DNA of 63,216 bases, the filler included, from Licmophora abbreviata (Eukaryota), in assembly GCA_900291995.1 (NCBI GenBank). It is 9 parts of 9 records of this genome, joined end to end, with 100 filler letters (N's around TTAATTAATTAA, not from the genome) between each part and the next. Parts side by side here need not be neighbours in the genome. Positions count along the whole stretch, not along the records: positions 1 to 15,670 come from OLMU01002022.1; positions 15,771 to 24,275 come from OLMU01002023.1; 7 more parts are not named here. One strand, written 5' to 3'. Under the pieces are notes generated by a model. The model was not told the origin of the DNA, made no database searches, and saw only the letters and a list, made by a program, of their open reading frames with translations. This document shows, one piece after another, positions 10,083-20,684 of this stretch. The number at the start of each line of letters is the position of its first letter. Positions within the stretch are counted from its first letter, which is position 1. The position numbers were made by a program, and so were the translations under genes.

Positions 10083-12032
10083 TTATGTACTTGTAGTACC
10101 CACTCTCGCGCCCGCACCTCTCTTCCCGTACAGTCTATCGAGCTGCTGCGATACGGTTTCTGCATATATTGCTACATATTCGTCTTTGGGCAAGCTTCGC
10201 TTGTTGGACACCAAGAAATCATCCCGCTCTACGACGAGCGACAAAAAGTGATGCATACCTCCAAATACATCTGGTTCGAATCGGTGCGGCAGGCACTTTT
10301 CGTCTTTGGCAAACATGCGATACACGTCATCACTGGGATCCCGACAGCTTCCAGGAAGATGAATTCCTGACATCATGGCGACCTGTGTATTGGCGACTCC
10401 CTTGTGCCACTTCTCGAAGGTTTCCGGTTCGCGCTTTAGAAAGTCGGTCACTTGCCGATTTGTTCGATACGCACCATCGTTCTCTGTCATTTGTTTCAAG
10501 AGATGCACCACGTATGACGGAAATAAATGATAGCACCACGTCGCTTCGCATCCCTTGTGCGAGTGGTATCGATTTATTGTCTCCATGACGTCTCGAATAC
10601 TAATGGAGCTTGCGTACGGACTCGACTTCCACAACGGATCGCGCGTTGCCAAAGGGGAGAATCGAGACGGATCGGATTTCGCAATGACAGAGTTTGGTCT
10701 TTCATTGCCGGCTCTTGTATTGTTGCTACTCTGTAGTCTCCGTCGTCCAACGAATCCCTGATGATCATGGGACGCACTGGTCTTTCCAGCCACATCCAAC
10801 TCGACGGGAGGTACCCAGAACTCGTCGACATCCCACGTCGCACTGTACTTTGCTAGTCCCTTGAAGTGATACAAACATTGATGGTAAAAGTGCAACTTGT
10901 GAAAGTCAAAGTAACACGTGAATTCATCCTCGTTCGACACTTGCGTAGTTTGCAGCACCACAACGTTGTCTCGCAAGTATGGCTGGAGTAAGGATTGGAT
11001 TTGTGCAAATTCCTCACTGCCCATGGTCGTTTCGACTCCCAAAACGATTTGATCCATTCCCACGTTGACATGATGCTGAATGAATTCTGGCAGATATTTG
11101 TGCACATCGACTCCGTAAATATCCACACAGAGTCCCACAGTCTGATTGGTCGACTGTGTGAAATAGCCGCCACCGGAATCATAGTGCTGCGGCCCGGCAT
11201 GTCCCACGACTGCCGTCGACAAGGGAATGTCCGTCGACAGCACTGGTACAAAGTAAGGCGACTGTCGCACGATCAAGCGTTCTTCCATGAAGAAGGTTAC
11301 TCGCACCGCACGGTGAGGATTGGTACGAACTGCCTTTTGCAAGTCGCTCTTGTGCACTATCGAAGTCACAGGACAGTGCCAAATCAAAGTCACGTCCTCT
11401 TGATTGATATCACCCGAGTTCATGGGAATAAGTTCCATGGGAATGAAGGGACTACTTTGCTCACTAGCATCAGTGGTGCCATTACATAGCTCGCCATTTT
11501 GGCATTGAATGGCACAATACAGTTTGACATGTTTCTTCATGTCTCCGCAGGAGAGTATACGGTCATATCGTGTATTGTTCTTGTTGTTGCATGCCGGTGC
11601 ATCGGGATCATGCGAGTTGACTCTCGTAAACCAGTCTCCTGGAAATCCAAATAGAGTAACATGGACGGACTCGTCCAGGGGAGAATAGGAAGTGGTGAGT
11701 CTGGCACCAAGCAGGTAGAGTCGGTCATTATAAAACAGGCCCGGCAGTGGGTCGCCCGAGACGGTACGATTGTGCAGTTCGGGGGGTGCAGTGAAAGGAA
11801 GAAAGTCAATCGTATTGGAGTGTCGTGTCGTGGGTGAGGAAGATAGACCTCTTAGAGTAGTAGCGGTAGTGCAGGCGGTGGCGGTTGCGGGTCGGTCTGA
11901 TGATGGAGATGATGACACTACTACAAGGCGTTCGGAAGGCGAAAGTACGTTCATCATCCACAGATTCATCAACAGCATCGGCGTGACTGTCAAAAGAATC
12001 ACATGGCTGGGTCGTAATGTCATCATTGTCAT
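10083..12032 (-). CDS. Glycosyltransferase family 92 (DUF23)-like type II membrane protein
   Basis: N-terminal TM anchor and S/T-rich stem, then VGLCV...LPEFIQHHVNVGMDQIVL, YHQCLYHFKG and a WDVDEF DxD motif. Confidence 0.7.
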   Translation of the reverse strand: MTMMTLRPSHVILLTVTPMLLMNLWMMNVLSPSERLVVVSSSPSSDRPATATACTTATTLRGLSSSPTTRHSNTIDFLPFTAPPELHNRTVSGDPLPGLFYNDRLYLLGARLTTSYSPLDESVHVTLFGFPGDWFTRVNSHDPDAPACNNKNNTRYDRILSCGDMKKHVKLYCAIQCQNGELCNGTTDASEQSSPFIPMELIPMNSGDINQEDVTLIWHCPVTSIVHKSDLQKAVRTNPHRAVRVTFFMEERLIVRQSPYFVPVLSTDIPLSTAVVGHAGPQHYDSGGGYFTQSTNQTVGLCVDIYGVDVHKYLPEFIQHHVNVGMDQIVLGVETTMGSEEFAQIQSLLQPYLRDNVVVLQTTQVSNEDEFTCYFDFHKLHFYHQCLYHFKGLAKYSATWDVDEFWVPPVELDVAGKTSASHDHQGFVGRRRLQSSNNTRAGNERPNSVIAKSDPSRFSPLATRDPLWKSSPYASSISIRDVMETINRYHSHKGCEATWCYHLFPSYVVHLLKQMTENDGAYRTNRQVTDFLKREPETFEKWHKGVANTQVAMMSGIHLPGSCRDPSDDVYRMFAKDEKCLPHRFEPDVFGGMHHFLSLVVERDDFLVSNKRSLPKDEYVAIYAETVSQQLDRLYGKRGAGARVGTTST

Positions 12033-12544
12033 TCTGTTTTGATCAACAATAGAAGGGCTAAAGCGACAACGAAAGACCATGCATGATGACAGCAGAAGAA
12101 CACTTCAGTTTTGTGCGGCGGCATCAGATTTATGGTTATCTGATTTGCTGCTAGTATGATACAGGTTTGGCGGGAAAGCAGTTTTGCAGTTTTGGGAGTT
12201 TGGAATTTTCATAATTTAATATTTGGGAGGCGCGCGCCGTATGATACCGAAGCCTTTTCTCTTTTCTCCTCCATACGAGTGGTAGACAGACAGACCAAGA
12301 TTCGCCCCACGAATCTTCAAGTCTACGTAGACTGTAGTAGTCACTCACGTGGAGAGTCTGACGTAATAAGACCCGTACCGGCCGACCACGAAAGTCTAAA
12401 CTCGAAAACTGAGAAGTCTTCGCCCAAGTTCAAAGTGTGTGTGAGCGCAACGCACTCACATCATCACATCGTCACATCATCAGTCACAACCATGATGATG
12501 AACTCTCTTGGCTGCCACTGCGGAAACTCGGCTCCGTATGATAG

Positions 12545-14746
12545 ATGTCGGAGGTCGTGCTGGACGAGAACTACTATAACAGTGATGTCAGTCATTCGAG
12601 TCGACGCTCCCTTTCCAGGCGCATCATGATGTTTGCGACGACCACCTTTGTCATTCTTTTCCTACTCGCACTCATGACGACTGTCGCAAACATTGGGAGT
12701 CGGAAAGATGACTCTCTGGACCAAGTAGTGTCCACTCTGGAGGATTCGTCGTCGTATTCTACTACGACAGCCACTCTAGCAGCATCATTGTCATCGCCAT
12801 CACCATCCGCGCCTCTTGTCAATCACCACCATCACCATCATCATACACTGCCTACCTTGCTACGCCTTGTCGACGATCAGACTGGAGATTTTGTCTATGC
12901 CCTCGACAATCCCGTCTACGATAGACTGCTCAAGTTGACAAACAGTATCAAGACGGATGATGAGAACAAGGGGCGACAACAAGAAGACAGTACTCGACAA
13001 CGTCAGTTGCGATCGAATGGTGCGCCATCTTCCTCCCATCACGATGAGCACAGAGAGCTTCCCACGCTGTCTCTCGACCGCACCACGATCCGCCTTCGCG
13101 AGTCACTCGTCGTCTCCTGGACTCCGGGAATAACACGCAATGGTCGTGATACCCTCACAGATGACCACATTCTTGCTCTTTTCTGTCCTCCGAATAATCC
13201 CATCTTTCACGAGGCTGCTACACTATCTCAGGTCCGCGCCACGGACTTGCATCACGGAGGCAATCACGCTGCGGCTAGTACCCGCTGGCGCATTCCAGAA
13301 TTCACAGTGCAACGCCAAAATGAATGTGTCTTTCAACTCTACGATCACGACGATGGTACCATTCTGAGTACATCACCGCTCCTACAAATTCAGGATGCCA
13401 CCCTCACACCGACCAACCTCCACATGGCCTACACCAATGATGCTTCGGAAATGCTAATGCAATTCGTCACGGGAGACGCTGGTATTCCCATGGTGCGATA
13501 TGCTAAGGATCCTGCGCAGCTCGCAACAACAAAAGCAACAACAGAGCGCGGTGAGTCGCTCACATACACGGCGGATGATTTGTGTCAAGGACCGGCCAAT
13601 CAAACGGAACCGGGAAAGTTTTTGGAGCCTGGAAATTTGCACACTGTTGTGGTGCAAGGCTTGGACTTGGATACCGAATATCACTATCAAGTTGGATTGC
13701 AGTCGGAGGACAACAGCAACGACAGTATTGTATGGAGCAAGGTCCACACGTTTCTGTCATCCCTTGCCCCCGGTGACACGACACCCTTTTCCTATGTCGT
13801 TTATGGCGATCAGGGATGTCCGAGCAAGGGATGGGGTGAAGGCGGCGTTTTCGTATCAACCATGGCCGCACGGGAAGTCCAAGAATCACCTTCGATGCGA
13901 GCCGTACATCATTTTGGAGATTTGAGTTACGCTCAGGGGAGTGGTCATACGTGGGACGAGTGGGGGTCCATGATTGAGCCGTTTGCCGCAAACGTACCGC
14001 TCATGGTGGGAGTGGGCAATCATGAATATGACCATACGACAGGAGGAGAGAACGGCAAGGATCCGAGTGGTGTCAAAACGGCACACGGGTACATGCCAGA
14101 TTTTGGAAATTTTGGAGATGACTCGGGGGGAGAATGTGGTGTTCCGACTGCATCGCGGTTTCAAATGCCACAGTCAGAGGGAAGCAACGGAGTCTTTTGG
14201 TATGAACACACCTTTGGCATGGTCCATACGATTGTCGTATCATCGGAGCATGACCTTTCGAAAGGATCGTTGCAGTATGCGTGGTTGGAGAAGAGGTTGA
14301 AGGCGGTAGATCGTTCCGTGACGCCGTGGGTAGTGTTGGAAACACATCGGCCGTTGTACGAGAGTGAGGCGGCGTACGATCAGACGGCCGTGTCGATTGC
14401 GATGCGATTTGAAATCGAAGACTTGTTGCGAGATCACCAGGTCGACGTCGTCTTGGGCGGGCATTATCACATGTACCAGAGATCCTGCGATGGTTTGTAT
14501 CGATCGGAATGCAACCAGGGAGGCCCGATTCACATTACAATTGGGTCAGCAGGAGCTAATCTCGATACTGCGCCAATGATTCCACAGCCGTGGTCGGCGC
14601 ATGCCATTCAGCAGGAATTTGGCTATGGCCGCCTCACTGTGGTGAATGCGACGGCCATGCACTGGGAGTTTGTCAAGGCTGGAGATGGAAACGATGAAGA
14701 TACAGGCAAGGTCCGTGATGACGTTTGGATCCTTCGGGATCGTTAG
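12545..14746 (+). CDS. Purple acid phosphatase (large plant-type, with Fn3-like N-domain), membrane anchored
   Basis: All five metal-ligand blocks present: GDQG, GDLSY, GNHE, ETHRP and GHYH. C-terminal FGYGRLTVVNAT. N-terminal TM helix. Confidence 0.92.
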   Translation: MSEVVLDENYYNSDVSHSSRRSLSRRIMMFATTTFVILFLLALMTTVANIGSRKDDSLDQVVSTLEDSSSYSTTTATLAASLSSPSPSAPLVNHHHHHHHTLPTLLRLVDDQTGDFVYALDNPVYDRLLKLTNSIKTDDENKGRQQEDSTRQRQLRSNGAPSSSHHDEHRELPTLSLDRTTIRLRESLVVSWTPGITRNGRDTLTDDHILALFCPPNNPIFHEAATLSQVRATDLHHGGNHAAASTRWRIPEFTVQRQNECVFQLYDHDDGTILSTSPLLQIQDATLTPTNLHMAYTNDASEMLMQFVTGDAGIPMVRYAKDPAQLATTKATTERGESLTYTADDLCQGPANQTEPGKFLEPGNLHTVVVQGLDLDTEYHYQVGLQSEDNSNDSIVWSKVHTFLSSLAPGDTTPFSYVVYGDQGCPSKGWGEGGVFVSTMAAREVQESPSMRAVHHFGDLSYAQGSGHTWDEWGSMIEPFAANVPLMVGVGNHEYDHTTGGENGKDPSGVKTAHGYMPDFGNFGDDSGGECGVPTASRFQMPQSEGSNGVFWYEHTFGMVHTIVVSSEHDLSKGSLQYAWLEKRLKAVDRSVTPWVVLETHRPLYESEAAYDQTAVSIAMRFEIEDLLRDHQVDVVLGGHYHMYQRSCDGLYRSECNQGGPIHITIGSAGANLDTAPMIPQPWSAHAIQQEFGYGRLTVVNATAMHWEFVKAGDGNDEDTGKVRDDVWILRDR

Positions 14747-14960
14747 CTACTAGCAGCGGCGTCGACAGCTAGGGAAGCATGTACAACAAAAGGAAGCACA
14801 CTTGTGTGACTCTGGACACTTGTAAATACAAAAGAGAGTAACTTTAGAACATTAGTAAACTACCACGGAAAGCGGAATAGCAGTCGTAGTCTCGAGATTT
14901 GGCAGCTTATGCAGGCTCAAAGCCTCGAGACTTGACAGCATAAAAAGCATGTTGAAGGTC

Positions 14961-17900
14961 TCAGCCGCTGTTTCGCATTCCCTGGGCAACGCCCGTGATG
15001 GATATAATCAAGGCGTCCTTTAGGATCTCCTTCTGCTCCTGCGACGCAGCGTTCAGGTCTTGCTCCGCATCCAAAGCACGGACGCGCTTCAGCAGCTCAG
15101 CCTGGACGACGTTGATAGGGTCGACGAAAGGGTGTCGAATGTTTGACGACGCTCGCACCAACGCCTGGTGGTCGCCAGCCACGTCAGCAGATCTTGTAAT
15201 GCTTACCACCGACTGTCGCGTTTGGACCAGCTTCTCGCGAACTTCCTCTCCCAATGCTGTCAATCCTTCAGCTTTGTCGACGAGCTGGTTGTCGTAGTTT
15301 TGCGAAATGCTAAAATCGGTTTTCGACAGAATCATGGCCACCAAATCAATCGTTTCCCGGAACCAGGGCCACTCATCGTACATTTCTCGAAGATTCTCTA
15401 GTCTTTCTTCATCATCGGTTTGCAGACCGGCTCCAACGCCCAACCATGCCGTCAGGTGCGTTCTGGTCTGGGTCCACGCAAATGTCCACGGGATCGCGCG
15501 GAGGCTTTCGACACCCCCCTTCGGATTTCGCTTTGCAGGTCGACTGCCGATGTTGAGACTGCCGAGTTCCAGCTCAGGCGTTGCCTGACGGAAATATGGA
15601 ACGAATCGCGGCTCTTCCCGAACAAGGAATCGATAGTCTGTGCACGAGAGATCAGAGATCAGTTCCATCTNNNNNNNNNNNNNNNNNNNNNNNNNNNNNN
15701 NNNNNNNNNNNNNNTTAATTAATTAANNNNNNNNNNNNNNNNNNNNNNNNNNNNNNNNNNNNNNNNNNNNTTGGTAAATGCTTCTCGTACAACGGCTGCC
15801 GTGTAGATGTCCAACGTCCGCTCCGCAATAGCGGGTGCTCCAAAGTTCTGTGTGATCATCTCACCCTGCTCGGTTACGCGAAAGCGGCCATTGATCGTGT
15901 TGGGCGGATGCGACTGAATCGCTCGGTACAGAGCTGGATTCCCGCCTCGACCTACGGTTCCTCCCTTCCCATGGAAGAATGTCAATTCGATACCATACTT
16001 TTTCGCTACAGCCACCATTTTCTCCTGTGAGTTGTACAGTGCCCAGCTCGCCGCAAGTCTGCGTACGACAAAAGAGGCGCTTTGAGCGACACAATCGGCT
16101 CGCATTTCGTTTTCAATCATACACAAGCAACTACTCACCGACCCGCATCCTTGGCGCTATCACTGTAACCAACCATGACTTCTTGCTTGCCCCGAACGGC
16201 CCCCACATAGGATGGAAGACTAAACAGGGTCTCCAACACACCTGATGCATTCACCAGATCGTCCAATGTTTCAAAAAGGGGCGCGACACGCATCATGTTG
16301 CCGCTCCTGGGCGTCATGCCGAATTGTCGCTGGAGCAGCATCACTGCCAACACATCACTAGCTGTTTGCGCTTGACTAATGACATACGCCCCCATGGCTT
16401 CTGGGTTTTGACTTGACGCCATGTGAAACGTACGAAGCGTCTTCACAACGGTCTCCGAAAATCCCATCTGCTCCAAGTCACGCACGCGAAACAAGGGGCG
16501 TTTGTTGGAGAGTTCCGATTGCAAAAAACTAAGACGCGCTTCTTCATCCCATTCCTTGTACGAGCCGATGCCCAGGTATCGCGTCACAGCGTCGAGCGCT
16601 TCCGTGTGTTTGGTAGACTCCTCGCGGATATCCAATGGTACGAGTGTCAGCCCAAACACGGCCACGCGACGAATAATATCGACCAACAAACCATCTGCCA
16701 CCATTTCATACCCCGTCTCGGCAAGCGAATCGTACATGATTCGCAACGGCGACATGAGCTCCTCGGAGCTATAAATTGGTTCCACGTGCTCCCAATCATG
16801 GATAAAGCCCGTCACTTCAGGCGACTCAATCTGGGCTTTATTGTCTGATTTCAAGCTTGCCAAAAATGTCTCGCATTCCTTTACTGTTTTGACGAGTCTC
16901 TTGCGCAAATGACCGATGACACGACGATATTTTTCCCGTTGATCCGAAGAGTCTTCAATAGACGCCGCCAGTTCCACCATTTCTTCCGAGAATCGATTCG
17001 AAATAGCCAGTTCACTGTACAATCGATTCATGTCGTTCAGAAACAGTTTCGCGCCTCGCAGTCGCTGCACGGCAATCACTTCCGTCGTGACAGCCGGCGT
17101 CACATTCGGGTTTCCATCGCGGTCACCCCCAATCCACGACGCAAACTTAATCGGCACCGCCTCCACCGGCAATCGCTTGTCCAACGATACGCGACACTGA
17201 GCATCCAATTTTCGCAAGTACGCAGGCACCGCATCCCACAATACCGACTCTAGGATGGCCAGCCCGCCCAGCGCTTCTTGTTGCGGCGATGGTTTCGTAC
17301 GTCGAATCTCATCACTGCCCCAGAGGGAGGAAATGATACGCCTCAGATTGATCATGGCCTCACTGCGCTCGTACGGATGCAAGTCTGGGCGTTCCAGGTA
17401 TCCCAAGGTTTCCGAAATTTTGCGGTCTAAGAAAAATTTCAATAGGGGATGATGAGAGCACTTCATTCATCATGATTTGAAGCTTTCCGAGTTTTCATCA
17501 CACTTTGAACTTACACTTTCTAAGCTGCGTTCGTCGGTTGACTTCCGTCGGATGCGCCGTCAATACGAGTTCTACCTTTTGCGTCGTGAGCTGCTCGTAG
17601 ATTTGTTCCTTTGTGGCATGATTCGACTCCAACAAGAGGTCAATTGTCCCTCTCATACTATCTTCCGTCATGGGCAAAGGTCCGACATGTTTGCTCTGAT
17701 GCTGTTCCATCTGTTTGATGAGACGGAGTCGATGATGAACTTCGGCAGCGTTGACGAGATTGAGCGCAAGGGAAAAGGTGCGCATCACGCCGAGGGCGTC
17801 CGAGGGAGAGAGCTTCTGGGCTTCCAAGACCATGCGTTCGAGGGCCTTGCTGTTGGTCAAGTCGGCGGCGCTGAATGCACGTAAATACGATACAGAAGAG

Positions 17901-18352
17901 AGGGGTGAGGAGGCGAAAGGTCATTGGGAGATGGGTTCATTCTGGTTTCATCTGTTTACTCACCGATCGAGTCCAAGGGCACGAAAGTGACAGTACAAGT
18001 CGTGAACCTTTGGGTTTTCCTTTTTGACGACTTGTGCCAGTATGTCACTGAGCATTTCGATATCGGACACGAGCGGCGAATAGAGTTTTTCAAAGGACTC
18101 AATGGGTGCCTGCGAGAGCGGTACAGAAACATCCATGGTTTCTGTCTCTTCTTCGTCTTGAGCGAGGAGCCTGGCTGCTGCTGCGGCCGGACCGCCACCG
18201 GCCAGTCTGCCAAAGAACGATGATTTTGATGCTGAGGCTGCTTTTGACGGCGGATTATGCCGTCCAAACGGCTTTGCATAGACTACCGGGGCAGGAATCA
18301 CCAGCACCACCAGTAGTGGCACGAGGCGCCAAGCTGCTGGAAAGACCGACAT
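14961..18352 (-). CDS. PEPC: Phosphoenolpyruvate carboxylase with N-terminal signal peptide (diatom PEPC1-like); exons 18352-17964, 17870-17515, 17426-16139, 16058-14961 (spans an assembly gap)
   Basis: VLTAHPTE, SWIGGDRDGNP, VMVGYSDSAKDAG, FHGKGGTVGRGG, SLRAIPW and C-terminal MRNSG. Three in-frame GT-AG introns. Confidence 0.96.
15671..15770. other. Artificial scaffold spacer N44-TTAATTAATTAA-N44 (inside PEPC)
   Basis: N runs flanking a six-frame stop linker, identical at all eight gaps. Confidence 0.97.
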
Positions 18353-18904
18353 TCTGTCGCTGGCAACACTGCAGATCTCCAAGCTGAAAGTTGTAGTGAG
18401 AAATGTGGTGGGTGATGTTGTTGTCGTTGTGTTATGAAGTTTCGACTCTTTTTGTGGCGCGCAAAGGCATTGCAGTAGGTTTCTACGCAAGCATTACAGA
18501 ATTCACGTAGAAGCAACCTTGAATTGGATCTTTCGCTTCCGTTCCAAATGAACTTTCGCGCGCGGCGAGCTCTTTACGTGGGTGTGTTTTGTTAGTTCGT
18601 TTTGTGACGGCAGTACAAGGAGGGACAATGTAAAGAGAATGGGGACTGAAGGGCCTATCACAATGAAGGAATGGGAATAGGACTAGTAGACTATGATTGA
18701 TTTAAATCTGGCAGAATGCGGGACGAGCCTTTCTTCCAGGTCTTGGTACAAGTCGAAGGAGTCGAGTAGAGTCAGTCCACGCGCGTGCCGAGCACTGAAA
18801 ATTGAAAATTCTCAAATTTCAAATTTGAAATGCGGCGCATTGTTGTCGTCGCAATGGTAAACTGATGCCTCTTTATCTCTCTCTCTGAACGACTGCTCCT
18901 CATC

Positions 18905-19162
18905 ATGTCAGATACAGGCTGCTGGGGACAATTCCGTCGCGGCTACAAGTCTATTCGTTGTCGTAACGCTGCCTACTCCATCTTGGCCGTGAACGCCATT
19001 GTTTGCTTCATCGGAGTCAATTCCTTTTTCAGCATCTTGTCAGTCAATGCCTTCGGATCGATACTCAGCGTCAACTCAGCCTTTAGTATTTTGAGTGTAA
19101 ATTGTGCTTTTTGTATTGGGTGTAGTGGAAAGGCGTTCTGTGCGGGACAGTTTTGGAACTGA
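18905..19162 (+). CDS. 85-aa microprotein with tandem 9-residue N-x-x-F-S-I-L-S-V repeats and Cys-rich ends
   Basis: ATG in good context (catcATG). Six 9-aa repeats are conserved at the amino-acid level with diverged synonymous codons. Confidence 0.75.
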   Translation: MSDTGCWGQFRRGYKSIRCRNAAYSILAVNAIVCFIGVNSFFSILSVNAFGSILSVNSAFSILSVNCAFCIGCSGKAFCAGQFWN

Positions 19163-19352
19163 TAACTGAAAGCATGATTTGAGAAACTTGTAGCCGTGCA
19201 AGCTTGGATGCATGCTACATCCCGTTGTTCTTTTTCTGGGTCACGTCAGTAAAACTACAGTACGACGTAGCCTATTGCCGGTCTTGTTAATTGGTAGTCC
19301 TGTTACTACTGCTACTTCTACTAGCGTCTCCTCGCCCTCCTATTCGCTCTCA

Positions 19353-20372
19353 TCATTCTTGTGGAACACTCATAAAGAAAGCGGACGTGGGTTCCACAGT
19401 TCGCAAATCCAATTTGACTCCCTTGCCTTGCGTCGCAGTCAGATAGGCATTCAAGAGATACTTGGCATTCTTGCTTGCCTTCTTTCCCGCCCGTCCAATG
19501 TTGCCTTCCGGTTTGACATCAAAGATTCCATTCATGACAGTTCGTACATTGTCGAGCAGTTTCTCGCTCCCAAACGAGCCTTTGCCAATGCCCAGATGAA
19601 CGATACCAGTCTTGTCGGTACGAAATTGTATGGGACCGCCTTCTATCTGGGACGAGAGAGATTCCAGTAGATCCGAGGAGGAGGTAACGAGCGTGCCAAC
19701 CTTGTTGTTGGGCATGAGGCCGCGCGGTCCGAGGATACGTGCCAACGACTTGTTCAGCGCTCTGGACATGTCGCTCGTCGCAAGAGCGCGATCAAAGTCC
19801 ACTGGAACTTGTCCAGAAGCAATCGACTGTATCAAGTCATCCCCCCCCGCATGCACCGCCCCAAGCTCCAAGGCCTGTTTGGATACCTCCGGGTCGTCCG
19901 AAAAGACTACACACTTTAGCTTCTTGCCACTTCCATGGGGCAAGACAATACTCCCTCGAAGAGCCTGATTCGGTTTACGGGGATCCAAATTCAAGTTCAA
20001 TGCCAATTCAATCGTTTCATCTTGATTTCGATATCCTCCAGGGTCGTCCGGTTGCTTCGCTTGGCGCTTTTCCTTGTTGCGCTCCCACTTGACTTCCCGC
20101 TGCTGCTTGCGTTCCTCGACATTCTCCAGAACCATGTCGACGGCATCCATAATTGTATACTCTCGGATAGGTTGAGGATGAGCACGGGATACATAGAAGC
20201 GGGGCGATTCGGTAAATACGTGTGGTAGAAAAGGCAAAGGGACGGGAGTGCAAGAGGAAGAAGTGCTGCTGATCATCGTATTGCAAGAACGAGCTCTAGA
20301 TCGGACCAAAGTTTGGACAGAAATTCGAGTCCCAGCGGCCTGCACCGATCGTCGAGTTACTACCGACCACAT
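19353..20372 (-). CDS. rplA: Mitochondrial ribosomal protein uL1m
   Basis: DETIELALNLNLDPRK, LRGSIVLPHG, ARILGPRGLMPNNKVGT and FRTDKTGIVHLGIGK. Arg/Ser-rich presequence. Confidence 0.92.
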   Translation of the reverse strand: MWSVVTRRSVQAAGTRISVQTLVRSRARSCNTMISSTSSSCTPVPLPFLPHVFTESPRFYVSRAHPQPIREYTIMDAVDMVLENVEERKQQREVKWERNKEKRQAKQPDDPGGYRNQDETIELALNLNLDPRKPNQALRGSIVLPHGSGKKLKCVVFSDDPEVSKQALELGAVHAGGDDLIQSIASGQVPVDFDRALATSDMSRALNKSLARILGPRGLMPNNKVGTLVTSSSDLLESLSSQIEGGPIQFRTDKTGIVHLGIGKGSFGSEKLLDNVRTVMNGIFDVKPEGNIGRAGKKASKNAKYLLNAYLTATQGKGVKLDLRTVEPTSAFFMSVPQE

Positions 20373-20684
20373 GAGGATTGATAATTAACTAGTTTCTTTT
20401 CACGGAATAGCAACGAAAGAGAGAGAGAGAGCAGTGAGGCGCATAGACGAAGCTGTCTTTCTTCATGGTCGTCGATATGGTCGCGGCACACGCGCGTCGA
20501 CGAGACATCCGTGTTTTGCGGTTATGAGCCAAATTGATTGCTAGAGTTCGTTCCTCTGGACCACACAAAAAGTTTTCCCGCCAAACATTGCCGCGTTCAC
20601 TTTTTAGAACGAGGCACACAGTCAGTGGACGATGCGACACGCGGGAGACCAGAGCATGACGGTATTCATCCGCCGCTCTTGACC

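Noticed and set aside
8711..14746. Aminotransferase + glycosyltransferase + phosphatase as a biosynthetic gene cluster
   Set aside because: The predicted compartments differ, there is no scaffold-forming enzyme, and such adjacency is expected in a gene-dense genome.
18965..19126. 27-nt periodicity as a CRISPR-like or non-coding array
   Set aside because: There are no spacers, and conservation is at the amino-acid level.
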